Shown one piece after another: positions 46,108 through 58,292 of a stretch of 64,000 bases of DNA. The stretch is from NCBI GenBank assembly GCA_030390025.1, contig CM059431.1, forward strand, positions 133,426,001 through 133,490,000, in the 5' to 3' direction. The notes beneath the pieces were generated by a model that was given only the letters and a program-made list of their open reading frames with translations, ran no database searches and was not told the origin of the DNA. Positions within the stretch are counted from its first letter, which is position 1. Every line of letters starts with the position of its first letter. The stretch is from Squalus acanthias. Its lineage: Eukaryota. Position numbers and translations under genes: made by a program.

Positions 46108-47385
46108 AGTGAGCGGTTCGAATCGCTCCCACGCTCCTGGTTCTAGACCTTGGACTTATTTAGGGGTTGTGAATAAAGATGCAGTAGACAACAGGTTCCG
46201 ATGAAAGAATTTTGACTTTATTAAAAGAAAAAAGGTAACAAACTTAAAACACACTTAGATGCTTAAACACAGGTTGGGGAACACACGGTACAGACGAGGG
46301 AGAATGACAATATACAAAAACCCTTATCCCTCCCAATCCCACTTCACTAGCTAGGTTGGACTCTGGAGAACCAGGGATAATGCTCACCAAACGACTCCTT
46401 GACAGTTGAGAGTTAGGGTTTAGAGTCTTTTGAGTAAAAGGTTTCAGAAGGCCCTTGTTGCCGCGAGGTGTCCGATGGTCACTGAGGCAGTCGCTCTGGT
46501 TTCTTCTTGCGTGTCGGTCTGCTTGTGAAGTTGTTGGTCTTCTTTGTTGAACTTCTTGCTGTAACTCTGCCTCTGTTTAAACTGTCTTCTTCTGAGCTGT
46601 GGAACTGCCTTCTTGCAGAACTGTGGAAACTGCCTTCTGCCTGCTTGTCCTGAACTCTGTAACTGCAGCCCTGACTTCTTGCTGAAAACAGGCTTTTCGA
46701 TTGAACTGCAGAACTGCCTTCTGTTGAACTTGAACTGTTTTTACTGTTTGATGGGCCTTCAATTATACTAAATTGAAGTGGCCTTATCTACCCCAAATCA
46801 AATCCAGGTCATTGTAAGACCTTGTTAACAGTAACGACTTTACTAGCGTGTTAACTGGTTTTGTAAATGTGTGAAGTGGTTTCCGGATAGCTCCATCCTG
46901 TCGATCTGTTGTTTAATCGGAGTTTGCATTGTCCTCATGTTTTGGGTTTCTTGACTGGGTCTAGGACTCCTATCTTTATGCATGTCTTTAATGGGTTCTG
47001 TAAGTGTCAAATGGTTTTTTTTGGGGATGGGTTGCATCCTGTCGATCTTCTTGGCTGATTGGTTTTTGATGGGATGAGACTGTCTTCTCCTAGGGTCTAT
47101 TGTCAAAATGTTAATGCTTGCTGGGGCTTGAGTGAGGTCATCCCGATTCCCCAGACAATGCAATTTAACTGCAATACCCAAAACTACTTTTGCAGAGGTC
47201 GGTCCCAACTTCCTTCACAGCCTTTTCTCCCTCCACAGGCCCAGACATGCTTTTAAAATGCCAAAACTTGGTTTTTGGTCTTACAGTCTCTTAGGTTAGG
47301 CCCAAATGCATTTTTATCACTCTGGGTAGTTCCAAAGTCCTTTTTCCTTAGGTTTTGGGGATCTGCAAATTTTGGAAACCTTACA
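46108..47385 (-). repeat. Putative 5' LTR of the second retrovirus-like element
   Basis: Sense start TGTAA (47385; alternative 47285); TATAA near 46763; AATAAA near 46218; conserved terminal hairpin; Leu-like PBS remnant TGAGTCAGAGGTGAG follows. Confidence 0.62.
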
Positions 47386-49914
47386 GGCTTCAGCCTGTTT
47401 TTTAAATTGTTTTGGCCATTCTTCTAACATACGTAGCCATCTATCATCATATGCTTTGAAGAGGTCTGACTGATGATCCTCTACTGAGAACTTGGTAACA
47501 CCTTCTCTATGTATTTCTTAATTGCTGCTTCCATTTTCCACCTGCCTCGGCCCAGAAAACCTTGTTTCTGCTCAGACGTTGGACACAGTATAATTTTAAC
47601 CTTTCTTTGATTGACTATGTCAGGTCCCTATTTGGGTGCTAATTAATCTGTAGGGATACAGATGTTCCAGTGATTCATGAACCTGGATAGTATTCAGTCA
47701 AAGAAAGTCACACTACTCTGTATATTAATTAATCAAAGTTACCTTTAATGATTTAAACATTGCACACAGCGTTAAAACAGTTTACACAAGCATCAAGCAA
47801 ATCAATAAATGCATACAACCTTTTAAACCAGGATCTCAAGGCAGAAAAGTGATCAGCTCTCTTGTAGCTCTTCTTTTTCTTTCTTCTTCTTGTTCCTGGA
47901 TGTCCTTCCTCTAGGCAAAGCTTCTTAAGGGTCCTCTGACTGCAGTAAAGAATCTGCCATGATGTCCCATTTTTACATGATTTTTGTCAGTTTGGGTGTG
48001 AATTAAAGTCAAGAGAAGTCCCATTTTGGCCACGCCACTGGGTTCATGGATGGTTGGCTGGGCCACTCAAAACCATGTGAACACAGGTGCGGCCTTTCTA
48101 CCACGTGAAACCAATGTGTGAAATCTTCTACAGCCTCTTGTCCGTGTGAAACCAGGTGCTGTACCTTAGTTGTCTTTCTCAAAGATTTCTGGCTGTCAGC
48201 AATGTTTTTCCAAGTCAGTTGTTTTGAGAACCAAAGTTGTTTTGAGAACCAAAGACCTGTTCGAAGCTTTGAGAAGCTTCGTAAAGTTTCTGCACATTGC
48301 TGCCTTTGCAGTTTAAACTTATGTCCAAATGTAATACCCAAAGGGGAATATGTAACCTTTTCCTTCAGTAATGTGCTGAATTGGACTATTACACTCATAG
48401 AGGGTGTGGTTTAGGGACTTTCAGATGTTTTTCAAGTTTTTACTCACATCCTTAAAAAGAGTATTTTGTATTTTTTAATACCAATACCATGAACCAATAG
48501 TAGATTTTCATGGCTTACCTGTTATAGCCAATTGACCTGTTCACTCATGTAATTTGGGACTGAGTGTATCATATTTCAGTTTCAGGGCTTTGCTTTGTTC
48601 TAATTCCTCCCCCATCATAATCAAATTCACTTCAAAATATTTATATATGTTAATAACTGATTTTATATTTTATTGTTTTATCTATACATTTTTTCTTTTT
48701 AGCTTTACTCCATCTCTACTACACACTTCTATGCATTCTCCCTCATCTCAAAAGGACTTTTGATGCTAGAAAAAAAGGCATGGTTAGCTGTACTGTCATG
48801 ATGAATTTCTCAGCGACATTCTACATGATAATCTACTTGAAAACGAACTGACAAATTTTGAATATCTGAATCAATTGGTCCAAGTCTGTGACCATCATGC
48901 AGCAAAGCAACAGAAATGTCTAATTTCCTTCGATTTGTGTGTGCATTTAAAATGTAGGTGATTTATCTAAGTGTAGACTGTTGGTACTGATTGAGGTCCA
49001 TCGCACCCATATTGTGGCTCTGAGCAGACATGCTGCCCCACACCTCCAACTCTGGAATATTGCTGGAGCTAGGATATAAAATATAGAAAGAAATTTTAAA
49101 TATTATCCTAAACTAGAACAAATTACATTTATATAGAACTTTTTAATGTAGAAAATGTCGGGTCAGTGTGTTGCATACATTGAACTGCCAATAATCTCTC
49201 CCCCAATTTCAGAATCAACAGTGAAATTTTTATTTCTCATACTCATGTACTTTTTGGTATCTCTGAGTGGAATCAGAGCCAATCATTGATATATGTTGTG
49301 AACTGAGTGATAACAGATCTCTTCATCTTGAACGTAGTTTCAGAAATTGTTTTAAAAAGTGGTGGAAATATTTTTTAATGAAAAGCTTTTAACCTTGTGA
49401 ATTCTGCAAGCTAAGTGAAGTCTATCATCAAGTTTTAAAATGTAGATATTAAGAGGTAAAATTTAATTTAATTTCTCAAAATTATTCCCTTTGCTACGTT
49501 TCCTTATTTTGTTTATCTCTGTCCACAGCTTTATCTTCTCCAGAAGACTTTCATTGTGTGCTGTCAGCACCTTGGAATTTCACCACTCTTTGCAAAAAGC
49601 TCCATTTTCTAGGTTGTACCTTTTACCTTTATGGGGACACTGATTTCATTCTGATCCTAAAATTTTAATCTTCATTTTTCCCTGCTTTGTGTTAAAACTT
49701 CATGCTCTAAGTAATCTGTATCCACAGGTGCATGCAAGATATTTTGTTTCCAAATATTGTCTGAGAACTTGACTGATCTAAAAAAAGACTATTAAAAAAT
49801 ACAAAAGTGGGCAAGTGAGAAGATTTTTAGTATCACAAAATACTGAGTGGGAAGAATTGCACTGGTCTCTATGTAAAATGACATTGTAAAATTCATTCAA
49901 TTTGGCAACATGTA

Positions 49915-50595
49915 ACCCTGATTTTTACTGAGTGGGAATCATGTAGGTGTCGGGGGAGGGGAGCGGGTGGGTCCACCTTGGTAGAATGAGGCTCAAGCAA
50001 ATTTATCGCCGGGCCTCATCTGGTTGCTGCCAGGCAGATGTCCGTCTGAAACGAGTGGGAAACAGCAGCTGGCAGGTGGGTTGGAAATTTCGGGCAGCAG
50101 GAGGCCATTGGCCGACACTGAAGGAACGGTTGCCGGAAACAAGGTAAGTGGCAGGGCGGGGGGTTTCGGAAGGGTCTGGCAGGAGGGAAGGAAGGGGAGC
50201 CTGGGGCAGGGAGAGCCTATACTTTTCTTGTGGGACCAGGAGGCGCACTGCTGCTTCTCCTGGTCCCATAGGGAAACTAAAAAAAATAAAATAGTGTACC
50301 TTTTTGGGCCTCTTCTGGCCCTGGATCCTCTTCCCGTTGTTTTCACCTGGCAGGAAAGTCACAATAGCGTCTCTGCTCAGCCCACCGGTTAAATTTGGAG
50401 CCAATGCCCGAGGACTCCATCTGACCTCGATCTGCATATTTAATAAAGGACCCCGCTGGCTTTAGGCGTGCACCTTGCCACCTGCTCAGAAGAGCAGCTT
50501 AAAATTCCAGAGAGCAGGATCGGTAAGTGACCAGGCCAATTTTAACTGCCCACTCGCCGGGCTTCCGCAGGGCGGGTATGGATAAAATCACCCCC
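49915..50595. mobile_element. Possible decayed Harbinger-type MITE
   Basis: GC-rich island in AT-rich DNA ending GGATAAAATCACCCC, like the TIR at 53446-53460; left end poorly preserved. Confidence 0.45.
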
Positions 50596-51849
50596 ATACT
50601 AACCAGAGCAATTCTTCCCCATTGTTTGTTGAACCAAGTACAATTTCTTTCTGAATAGCTATACTCGTGTTTTAAAATGTCTGCTGTATATAGATTATTT
50701 TATTTAAAATTCAACTTTAGTAATTTAGTAGTATAATAGTTATAGCAAACTGATTGTCATGGGGATGAATTTCAAGGCCGTGTGAAAGGTTCAGTTTATC
50801 TGCACAGACAGAGGTCTGGCTGCTTTTGCACAATTGCTGTTGTTGTCTCAATAACTCCAGACATGGGTGGGCTGTTGGGCTGCCTCTGGGAAGAGTAGAC
50901 TGGGAGAATGAAGGAAGGCACCACAGAACAGGGCAAGCTGCCAAAAGAGGGAGGAGGAGGGCACTTAGCAGAAGGCCATATCCACAGAGGGTCTTCAGGG
51001 AGCACTTCTCCTACCTCAACTTCACTGAGGAGCAATGTAGGCGGTGCCTTTGCTTTACCAAGGAGTAATGTTAATGAGCAATGACAGCAGCCTAAAACTG
51101 CAGCATCTTCATTCTCATCATGTTCCTTCATTGGCGGAGGGACTTCCACATCCTGGGGAGCTGAAATGAAAAAGGGACAAGGGTTAGGTTGTGATGTGGG
51201 GAGAAGAGAGGAAGTGTATATTGAGAGCATCTGCAGCTTCTGTAGAGTGTGTGGGGTGACGGACTAGTGAGAAAAGAGAAGGAGGGTTAGGTATGAAGAG
51301 ACCTTGCTCGGCGTGTCCTCTGGCGTTGCCAGTGGCCACGGCCTCCGGTCTGCCCCTTCCCATTATTGGCAGCACTGTCTCCTCAATGGGGGAAAGGGTG
51401 TGTAGTCGCACTGCTCCTCCACCGGTGTCAGTCTGCTGGCTTGTGCTACGCGCCACCTTCTCCTGCAAGAAAGAGCGAAGTTTGTTAGTGAGAATCTTGT
51501 GAGATGTTTAGGTAATGCAATCCTAGCAAGTAACACCACAAAAGGAGGCCATTTGGCATTGTCAGCCCACTCCTTCATAGTCACCCTCTACAGATATAAC
51601 CCATCCATCCCTTACACTCATTCCATCACTCTCCCTCAAAGTTCTCTTCTTTCCCTCCTTGCAGGAGAAGAGCGCAGAACAATAGGGAGCAGCAGAGAAC
51701 CGGAGGTGGCCCTCCAGTATTGACGCAACTGACTCCAGCAGAGGAGGGGGCTCTGGCGATATCGCGAGTGGCAGATCTGCTGGCGGTGGGAGAGGAAAGA
51801 GGGGGACATCCCAGACACCCAGGTCCCTCTGAATACCAACATTTCTCAA

Positions 51850-52250
51850 TCTCTCACCATTTAAAAAATATTCTGCTTTTCAATTTTTCCTACCAAAGTG
51901 GATAATGTCACATTTCTCCACATTATAATCCACCTGCCATGTTCTTGCCCATTCACTTAACCTCCCTTTGCAGCCTTTTTGCATCCTCCTCACAACTTAC
52001 TTCCCCACCTAGCTTTGTATCGTCAGCAAACTTGGGTACATTACACTCGGTCCACTCATCCAAATCATTGATATAGATTGTGAATAGCTGAGGCCCAAGC
52101 ACTGATCCGTGCGGTATCCCACTAGTTACAGCCTGCCAATCCGAAAATGACCCATTTATTCCCACTCTGTTTTCTGTCCGTTAACCAATCCTCAATCCAT
52201 GCTCATATATTACCCCAATACCATGAGCCCTAATTCTGTGTAATAACATG
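51850..52250 (-). mobile_element. CR1 RT fragment
   Basis: GIPHGSVLGPQLFTIYINDL...KFADD (51953-52165). Confidence 0.82.
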
Positions 52251-52439
52251 TGATTATTCATGAGGGCACAGCCCTTGCCACCAGGTATAGGGCGAAGAGC
52301 TGAGGAGGAGGAGGAGGAGGAGGAGGAGGAGGCAACCAACACAACCCCTTTCTGGCCGGGCTGCCCGTAATCAACTGATCCGACTGCGGTACCAGTGAAC
52401 ACAACCCCAATTTCCCATTCACCCACAATCCCACACCTT

Positions 52440-53460
52440 GGGCTGATTTTTAACCGTCCGATGCGCTGGCAGCGGGGGAGCCCTGTAGCACATGGGGAAC
52501 CTGAAAGTTTCAGAAGCATGTTTGTTAGTGGCTTTTTATCTTGCAGATGCACTCATTCCTATCTGTCCAGGCACCTAAAGCACAACTGCAGCATTCCCTT
52601 TGCTTGTTCGATGACAGTTCTCATGGTCATGTGGCTTTGATTGTATCTCTGCTGGGCCCCATTGTTTGGGTTCCTAATGGGGGTCATCAGCCACGTCTTC
52701 AGGGGATAGCTCGTGTCTCCAAGGATTCAGCCGCTAACTCTGCTTCGAGGTCCGAAGAGCTCTGGGAGGGTGGTCTGGCGCAGGATGAAAGCATTGTGGC
52801 AGCTGCCTGGGAATCTTGCACACACCTGCATGATGACCTTTTTGTGGCTGCATACGAGCTGATCATTGATGGAGTGGAAGCCCTTGCGGTTGATGAAGAC
52901 TCCAGGCTGATCTGGGGGCACCTTGATTGTCACATGTGTGCAGTCGATGACTCCCTGGACCTGTGGGAAGCCAGCCAGAACTGCAAAGCCGAAAGCTGCT
53001 GATTCTGATGTTCAAAGTAGTGGAAATCACCTGCAAAGTAATGAAAGCACACTCTCGGAACAAGTCCTGTGAGCAAAAGCCTTTCACTTAGACAAGGAAA
53101 CAGGTGTGAGGTCTGAGCACTTATAGGAGTGTTTGCCTGTCCTTTGGTCAACCCCCTCAGTTCGCACTGTTATCTTGCCTTGCTTTCACTGACGAGTTCC
53201 AGGAAGCCCGGGAAACCTGTGCACTCAGAGTTAAAACTCAAATCTGCAGTTAAAACAGCCTCTTAACACCTGCAGTTAAAATTGCCTTTTAACACCTTCT
53301 AATTGTCTCTTAACATCTTTTAATTTCCAATCCGTTTCTCCCATGGTTAAAAGTTAAAAGCGGAAGTCAGCGGGTTCGAGTCAGCTTCCTGTCAATTTCA
53401 GCCATTTTAACCACCAACCCACTCCCAAACGCACACACTTTTTTAGGTTAAAATTACCCC
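52440..53460 (-). mobile_element. Nested Harbinger deletion derivative with transposase core fragment
   Basis: Ends GGGCTGATTTTTAACC / GGTTAAAATTACCCC; INRKGFHSI..QLVC..FPGSCH. Confidence 0.75.
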
Positions 53461-55504
53461 TGGTACCTTCCCTCTGTTATGGACCATCACAGCGTCCTCT
53501 TGGCCACAATGCTACAATAAAAGCTATCACAAAATAAACATTCCAAACCAACTTTATACCTCATTCCATCCAATATTACATAACAAACGTCAACTAATCA
53601 CCCTTGCACATTCCCTTAGTGCCTGTCTCCTGTGTGCCTTTGCCTATCCTAGTGCTCCTACGCAGTGCTACCCCAGTAGCTGCAACATGGCTGGTGGAAG
53701 GCTGCTGACTTTCAGTGGAGGAGATTGCCAATGGCCTTGCAGGACGACCTTGAGCAGCTCTGGTCCTAGAAAGCCTGACTTTAGACTGCACAACCTCGGC
53801 ATGGGTGGCAGCTGTCTGGGCTGGCTGGATGACAGGCAACAGCAAGGGCACTGGTGGAGTGGCAGTGGTGGGAGGATGAATGCTGTCATCCTGAGAGAGG
53901 ACAGCAGGTTCGTGCTCCACGGTCCCACTGTCACTGCCTAGGGGCGGCGTCTCAGCAATCCTAGTAATTTGTTGGAGGACAGATTGCTAGACTGCTGTGA
54001 CACCCTGCAAGCCCCTTTCAACACTGGTAACCGCAGCCATGACGGCAACAATCTGTGCTTGAGTGGCAGCAAGCTGCGCTTGCATGACTTCAGTCTGAGC
54101 TTTCACTGCAGCCCTCAGACATTGGGTGGCTTATGTTGCAATGGAAGCTGAGGTATCGGACATCAGATGCTACATCATGGTTGGGTCCACAAGTGTGCTA
54201 ATGGAGTTGCCCATCACTTTACTAGCTCTGTGCAAAGCCCTGTGCAATGTTGGTGCTGGACTCCTCCATGCTCCTTGACATTGCACTCAGGCTTTCTGGC
54301 AGGCCTGCCAATGCACCAAGCATTTCATTGTGCATACCCATCAGCCTTCTTCTGTGGGCCACCCCATCGAAGTCCCCATCTGAGTCCTGTGCAGCAGAAC
54401 TCATGTGCGACCTCGCCCTCCGGGGAACTGGCATCTGTGCTAACCTTGCCCCCTGTCCTGGCTGCAGGCCACTCATGCCCGATGTCTCACTGCTTGCAGA
54501 TCCCGCGTCTAACCTATCCTCTAAAGTACATGGTGTGTCAGTATCTGAGCTGGTGGCTGCAAGTGTGAAATCGAGTGACAGTTCATCTTTTGCATCACTT
54601 CCTTCCTCCTCTTGCACTTCCTGCTCCTTCACCACTGCCTGGCCAGGTTGCAGTTCTTGGATAGCTGAAAAAAGAAAAGCACATGGGTAGGGTTGCGATG
54701 AGGGGACGGGGGAAGCAAGAGGTGTATGCTTACACCATCTGCAGCTTGTAAATCAGATCAGAAGAGAGTGTGGGATGAGGGGGAAGTGGGATGTGGGAAG
54801 GAGGATTAGGGATGAGGATACCGTCATCTTCCATTGTTTTAGCCCCGTCACTGTCCACGGGCTCAGCAATGGCCACTCCAATTATCTCCAGCACCATCTC
54901 CTCTATGGGTGTTAGATCCTGCAGGCGCGCCTGTTCTCCACCGGTTAGCTCCTGCTGCCTCCGGTTATGAGTCACCTTGTTCTGTAAGAGAAAAGGAAGT
55001 GTTTCAATGAGTGTGATGCAATGTGTTTGGGTGATGTGCCTGTCAGGGTTGAATAGCTGGCATTGTGTGCAAGCTGTGTGATGTGGATCGAGGGCACCTC
55101 TCCTCCTGTCCACCTCCTGCACCAGGGCCTCGAGTGCTGCATCAGAAAATCTGGGAGCCCTCTCTGCCATGTTGCGCCATCTTCACTCTTCCTGTAGGTC
55201 ACACACTCCTTTACAATGACTTCCAATACTTGCTGCAGCCAGAATGCACCTCACCATTAGGAGGTGCAGGCTGGCTTTAAGAAGTGCAGGCTAGCTTTAA
55301 TTGATGCCAGCCTCGCACAAACTTGTGCCCCCTGCTGAGACATGCAGCCTCTCAACTTGAGCGCTGGGCTGCATGCTGCTGTCATTTAAATTAGGTGGCA
55401 GCACAAAGTTTGCGTGCTGCCTGCATTGGAAGGAACGGGCGCGGGGTAGTCGCGCATTGTGATACCCGCGCCTGTTTTTGGGCCTAATCCAATTTCTAGG
55501 CCTA

Positions 55505-56450
55505 TGTGTCCCAACAACATCCTGGCTGAAGTGCTGAAGACCTGTGCTCCAGAACTAGTCGCGCCTCTAGCCAAGCTGTTCCAGTACAGCTACAACACTG
55601 GCATATACCTGGCAATGAGGAAAATAAGCCTACTCTCAATGGTTAGCAAATGATGGAAGTAGTCGTGTACAGTGCTATCAAGCGGTACTTACCCACCAAT
55701 GACCTGCTTGCTGATTCTTTGTCTGGGTTATGACTGTCTACTCGGCTCCAGATCTCATTACAGCCTTGGTCCAAACATGGACAAAAAGGCTGAATTCCAG
55801 AGGTGAGGTGAGAGTGACTGCCCTAGATATCAAGGCAGCATTTGGCTGAGTGTGGCACCAAAGAGACCTAGTAAAACTGAAGTCAATGGGGATCAGGGGA
55901 AAACTCTCCACTGGCTGGAGTCATACCTAGCACAAAGGAAGATGTTTATGGTTGTTGGAGGCCAATCATCGCAACTACAGGATATCGCTGCAGGAGTTCC
56001 TCGGGGCAATGTCTTAGGCCCAACTATCTTCAGCTGCTCACCTTCCCTCCGTCATAAATCAGAAATGGGGATGTTCGCTGATGATTGCACAGTGTTCAGT
56101 TCCATTCGCAACTCCTCAGATAATGAAGCAATCCATGCACGAATGCAACAAGACCTGGACAACATCCAGGCTTGGGCTGATATGTGGCAAGTAACATTCG
56201 TGCCATACAAATGCCAGGCAAGGATCACCTCCCCTTAACATTTAATGGCATTACCATCGCCGAATCCCCCAATATCAACATCCTGGGTGTCACCATTGAC
56301 CAGAAACTCAACTGGACCAACCACATAAATTCCATGGCTATTAAAGCAGGTCGGAGGCTGGGTAATCTGCAGCGCGTAGCTCACTTCCTGCCTCCCCAAA
56401 GTCTCTCCACCACCTACAAGGCACAAGTCAGGAGTATGATGGAATACTCA
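55505..56450 (+). mobile_element. Decayed non-LTR retrotransposon RT fragment, different family from the main CR1s
   Basis: LKTCAPELVAPLAKLFQ; GVPRGNVLGP; MFADDC; QQDLDNIQAWADMWQ. Confidence 0.8.
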
Positions 56451-57935
56451 GGCTGCTGTGTGAGGCAAGGGAGGAAATTGCAAGGGCTCTGACACAAATT
56501 TTCAGAAACTCTCTGGCCACTGGGGAGGTACCAGAGGACTGGAGGACAGCTAACGTAGTACCATTATTCAAGAAGGGTAGTAGGGATAAACCAGGGAATT
56601 ACAGGCCAGTGAGCCTAACATCAGTGGTAGGGAAATTATTGGAAAAATTTTGAGGGACAGAATTACTCTCCACTTGGAGAGGCAAGGATTAATCAAGGAT
56701 AGTCAGCGTGGCTTTGTCAGGGGGAGATCATGTCTAACCAATTTGATTGAATTTTTCGAGGGGGTGACTAGGTGTGTGGATAAGGGTAGTGCAGTTGATG
56801 TGGTCTACATGGACTTCAGTAAGGCTTTTGACAAAGTCTCGCATGGGAGACTGGTCAAGAAGGTAAGAGCCCATGGGATCCAGGGCAATTTGGCACATTG
56901 GATCCAAAATTGGCTCAGTGGCAGGAGGCAGAGGGTAATGGTCGAAGGTTGTTTTTGTGACTGGAAGCCTGTGTCCAGTGGTGTACTGCAGGCATCGGTG
57001 CTGGGTCCCTTGCTGTTTGTAGTGTACATTAATGATTTAGATATGAATGTAGGAGGTATGATTAGTAAGTTCGCAGATGACACGAAAATTGGTGGAGTGG
57101 TAACTAGTGAGGAGGGAAGCCTCAGATGGGCAGAACAGTGGCAAATAGAATTTAACCCTGAAAAGTGTGAGGTGATGCATTTTGGGAGGACTAACAAGGC
57201 AAGGGAATACACAATGAATGGTAGGACCCTAGGAAGGACAGAGGATCAGAGGGACCTTGGTGTGCATGTACATAGATCCCTGAAGGCAGCAGGACAGGTA
57301 GATAAGGTGGTTAAAAAGGCATATGGGATACTTGCCTTCATTAGCCGAGGCATAGAATATAAGAGCAGGGAGGTTATGATGGAGCTGTACAAAACGCTAG
57401 TTAGGCCACAGCTGGAATATTGTGTGCAGTTCTGGTCGCCACACTATAGGAAGGATGTGATTGCATTGGAGAGGGTGCAGAGGAGATTCACCAGGATGTT
57501 ACCTGGGCTGCAGCGCTTCAGCTATGAAGAGAGACTGGACAGGCTGGGGTTGTTTTCCTTAGAGCAGAGAAGGCTGAGGGGGGACCTGATTGACGTGTAC
57601 AAAATTATGAGGGGCATAGATAGGATAGATAGAAAGGAACTTTTCCCCTTAGTAGAGGGGTCAATAACCAGGGGGCATAGTTTCAAGGTAAGGGGCAGGA
57701 GGGTTAGAGGGGATTTGAGGAAAAACTGGTTGGAATCTGGAATTCACTGCCTGAAAGGGTGGTAGAGGCAGGAACCCTCACAACATTCAAGAAGCATTTA
57801 GATGAGCACTTGAAATGCCATAGCTTACAAGGCTACGGACCAAGTGCTGGAAAATGGGATTAGAATAGACACGGCTTGATGGCCGGCACAGACACGATGG
57901 GCTGAAGGGCCTCTTTCTGTGCTGTATAACTCTAT
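56451..57935 (+). mobile_element. 5'-truncated CR1, same family as copy C; tail resumes at 62170
   Basis: ORF 56650-57765 highly similar to CR1-C ORF2; tail ACTCTAT | Harbinger | TATGACTCTA. Confidence 0.92.
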
Positions 57936-58292
57936 GGGGTAGAAATTAGGTCGCGCCCCATTTGGGGCGCAAATATCGTCCGCGCGCAAATATTAGCGCC
58001 TGGCGCTAATTATCGGCACTGACAGGAAACTTCACTTTTACCGCCCCGGGAGGTGAGTGGAGCGCTAAATTAGGCGCTGCACACCTCTCTTAAGGCGCAA
58101 AGGCCTAGGAGTGAGGCGCTAACTCAGCGCACGAGCGCAGCGCAGCTGCTGCCAGTTAGCGCGGTAACACAGACACACTGGCGCCGGACACTTCTTAAAG
58201 CGGGGGGGGCCACTTGCTCCCCAGCCACACCCTGCTCATTGCAGCCTTGAATCTCAGCCTGGAGAGACCTGTAATCCATTTTGCTGCCAAGA

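Larger units (their letters stand above)
43890..47385 (-). mobile_element. Second, heavily deleted retrovirus-like element related to 1-9364
   Basis: Pol remnant SLAGNLMYQG...IYLDGSS...LAKKGGEEGTAWDP (44165-44422) matches RLAANLVYPG/IYVDGSS/LAREGARNGIFWDP; shared U5 motif at 46108-46158; interrupted by CR1 and Harbinger pieces. Confidence 0.72.
50761..55502 (+). mobile_element. Decayed, rearranged two-gene Harbinger with nested fragments
   Basis: Ends GGGGATGAATTTC / CAATTTCTAGGCC; flanks CAT/TAT; transposase N-terminus 50860-51070; Myb-like gene on - at 53594-55170 (MAERAPRFSDAALEALVQEVDRRR). Confidence 0.7.

Noticed and set aside
47850..48550. Possible coding remnant (ORF 48009-48398, Lys/Glu-rich stretch)
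   Set aside because: No recognisable motif in the frames I read, includes a local 18-bp duplication, no convincing splice structure; needs BLASTx.
49500..49740. Plus-strand exons suggested by strong acceptor-like sites
   Set aside because: No good donor or coding signal; such sites are common in AT-rich DNA.
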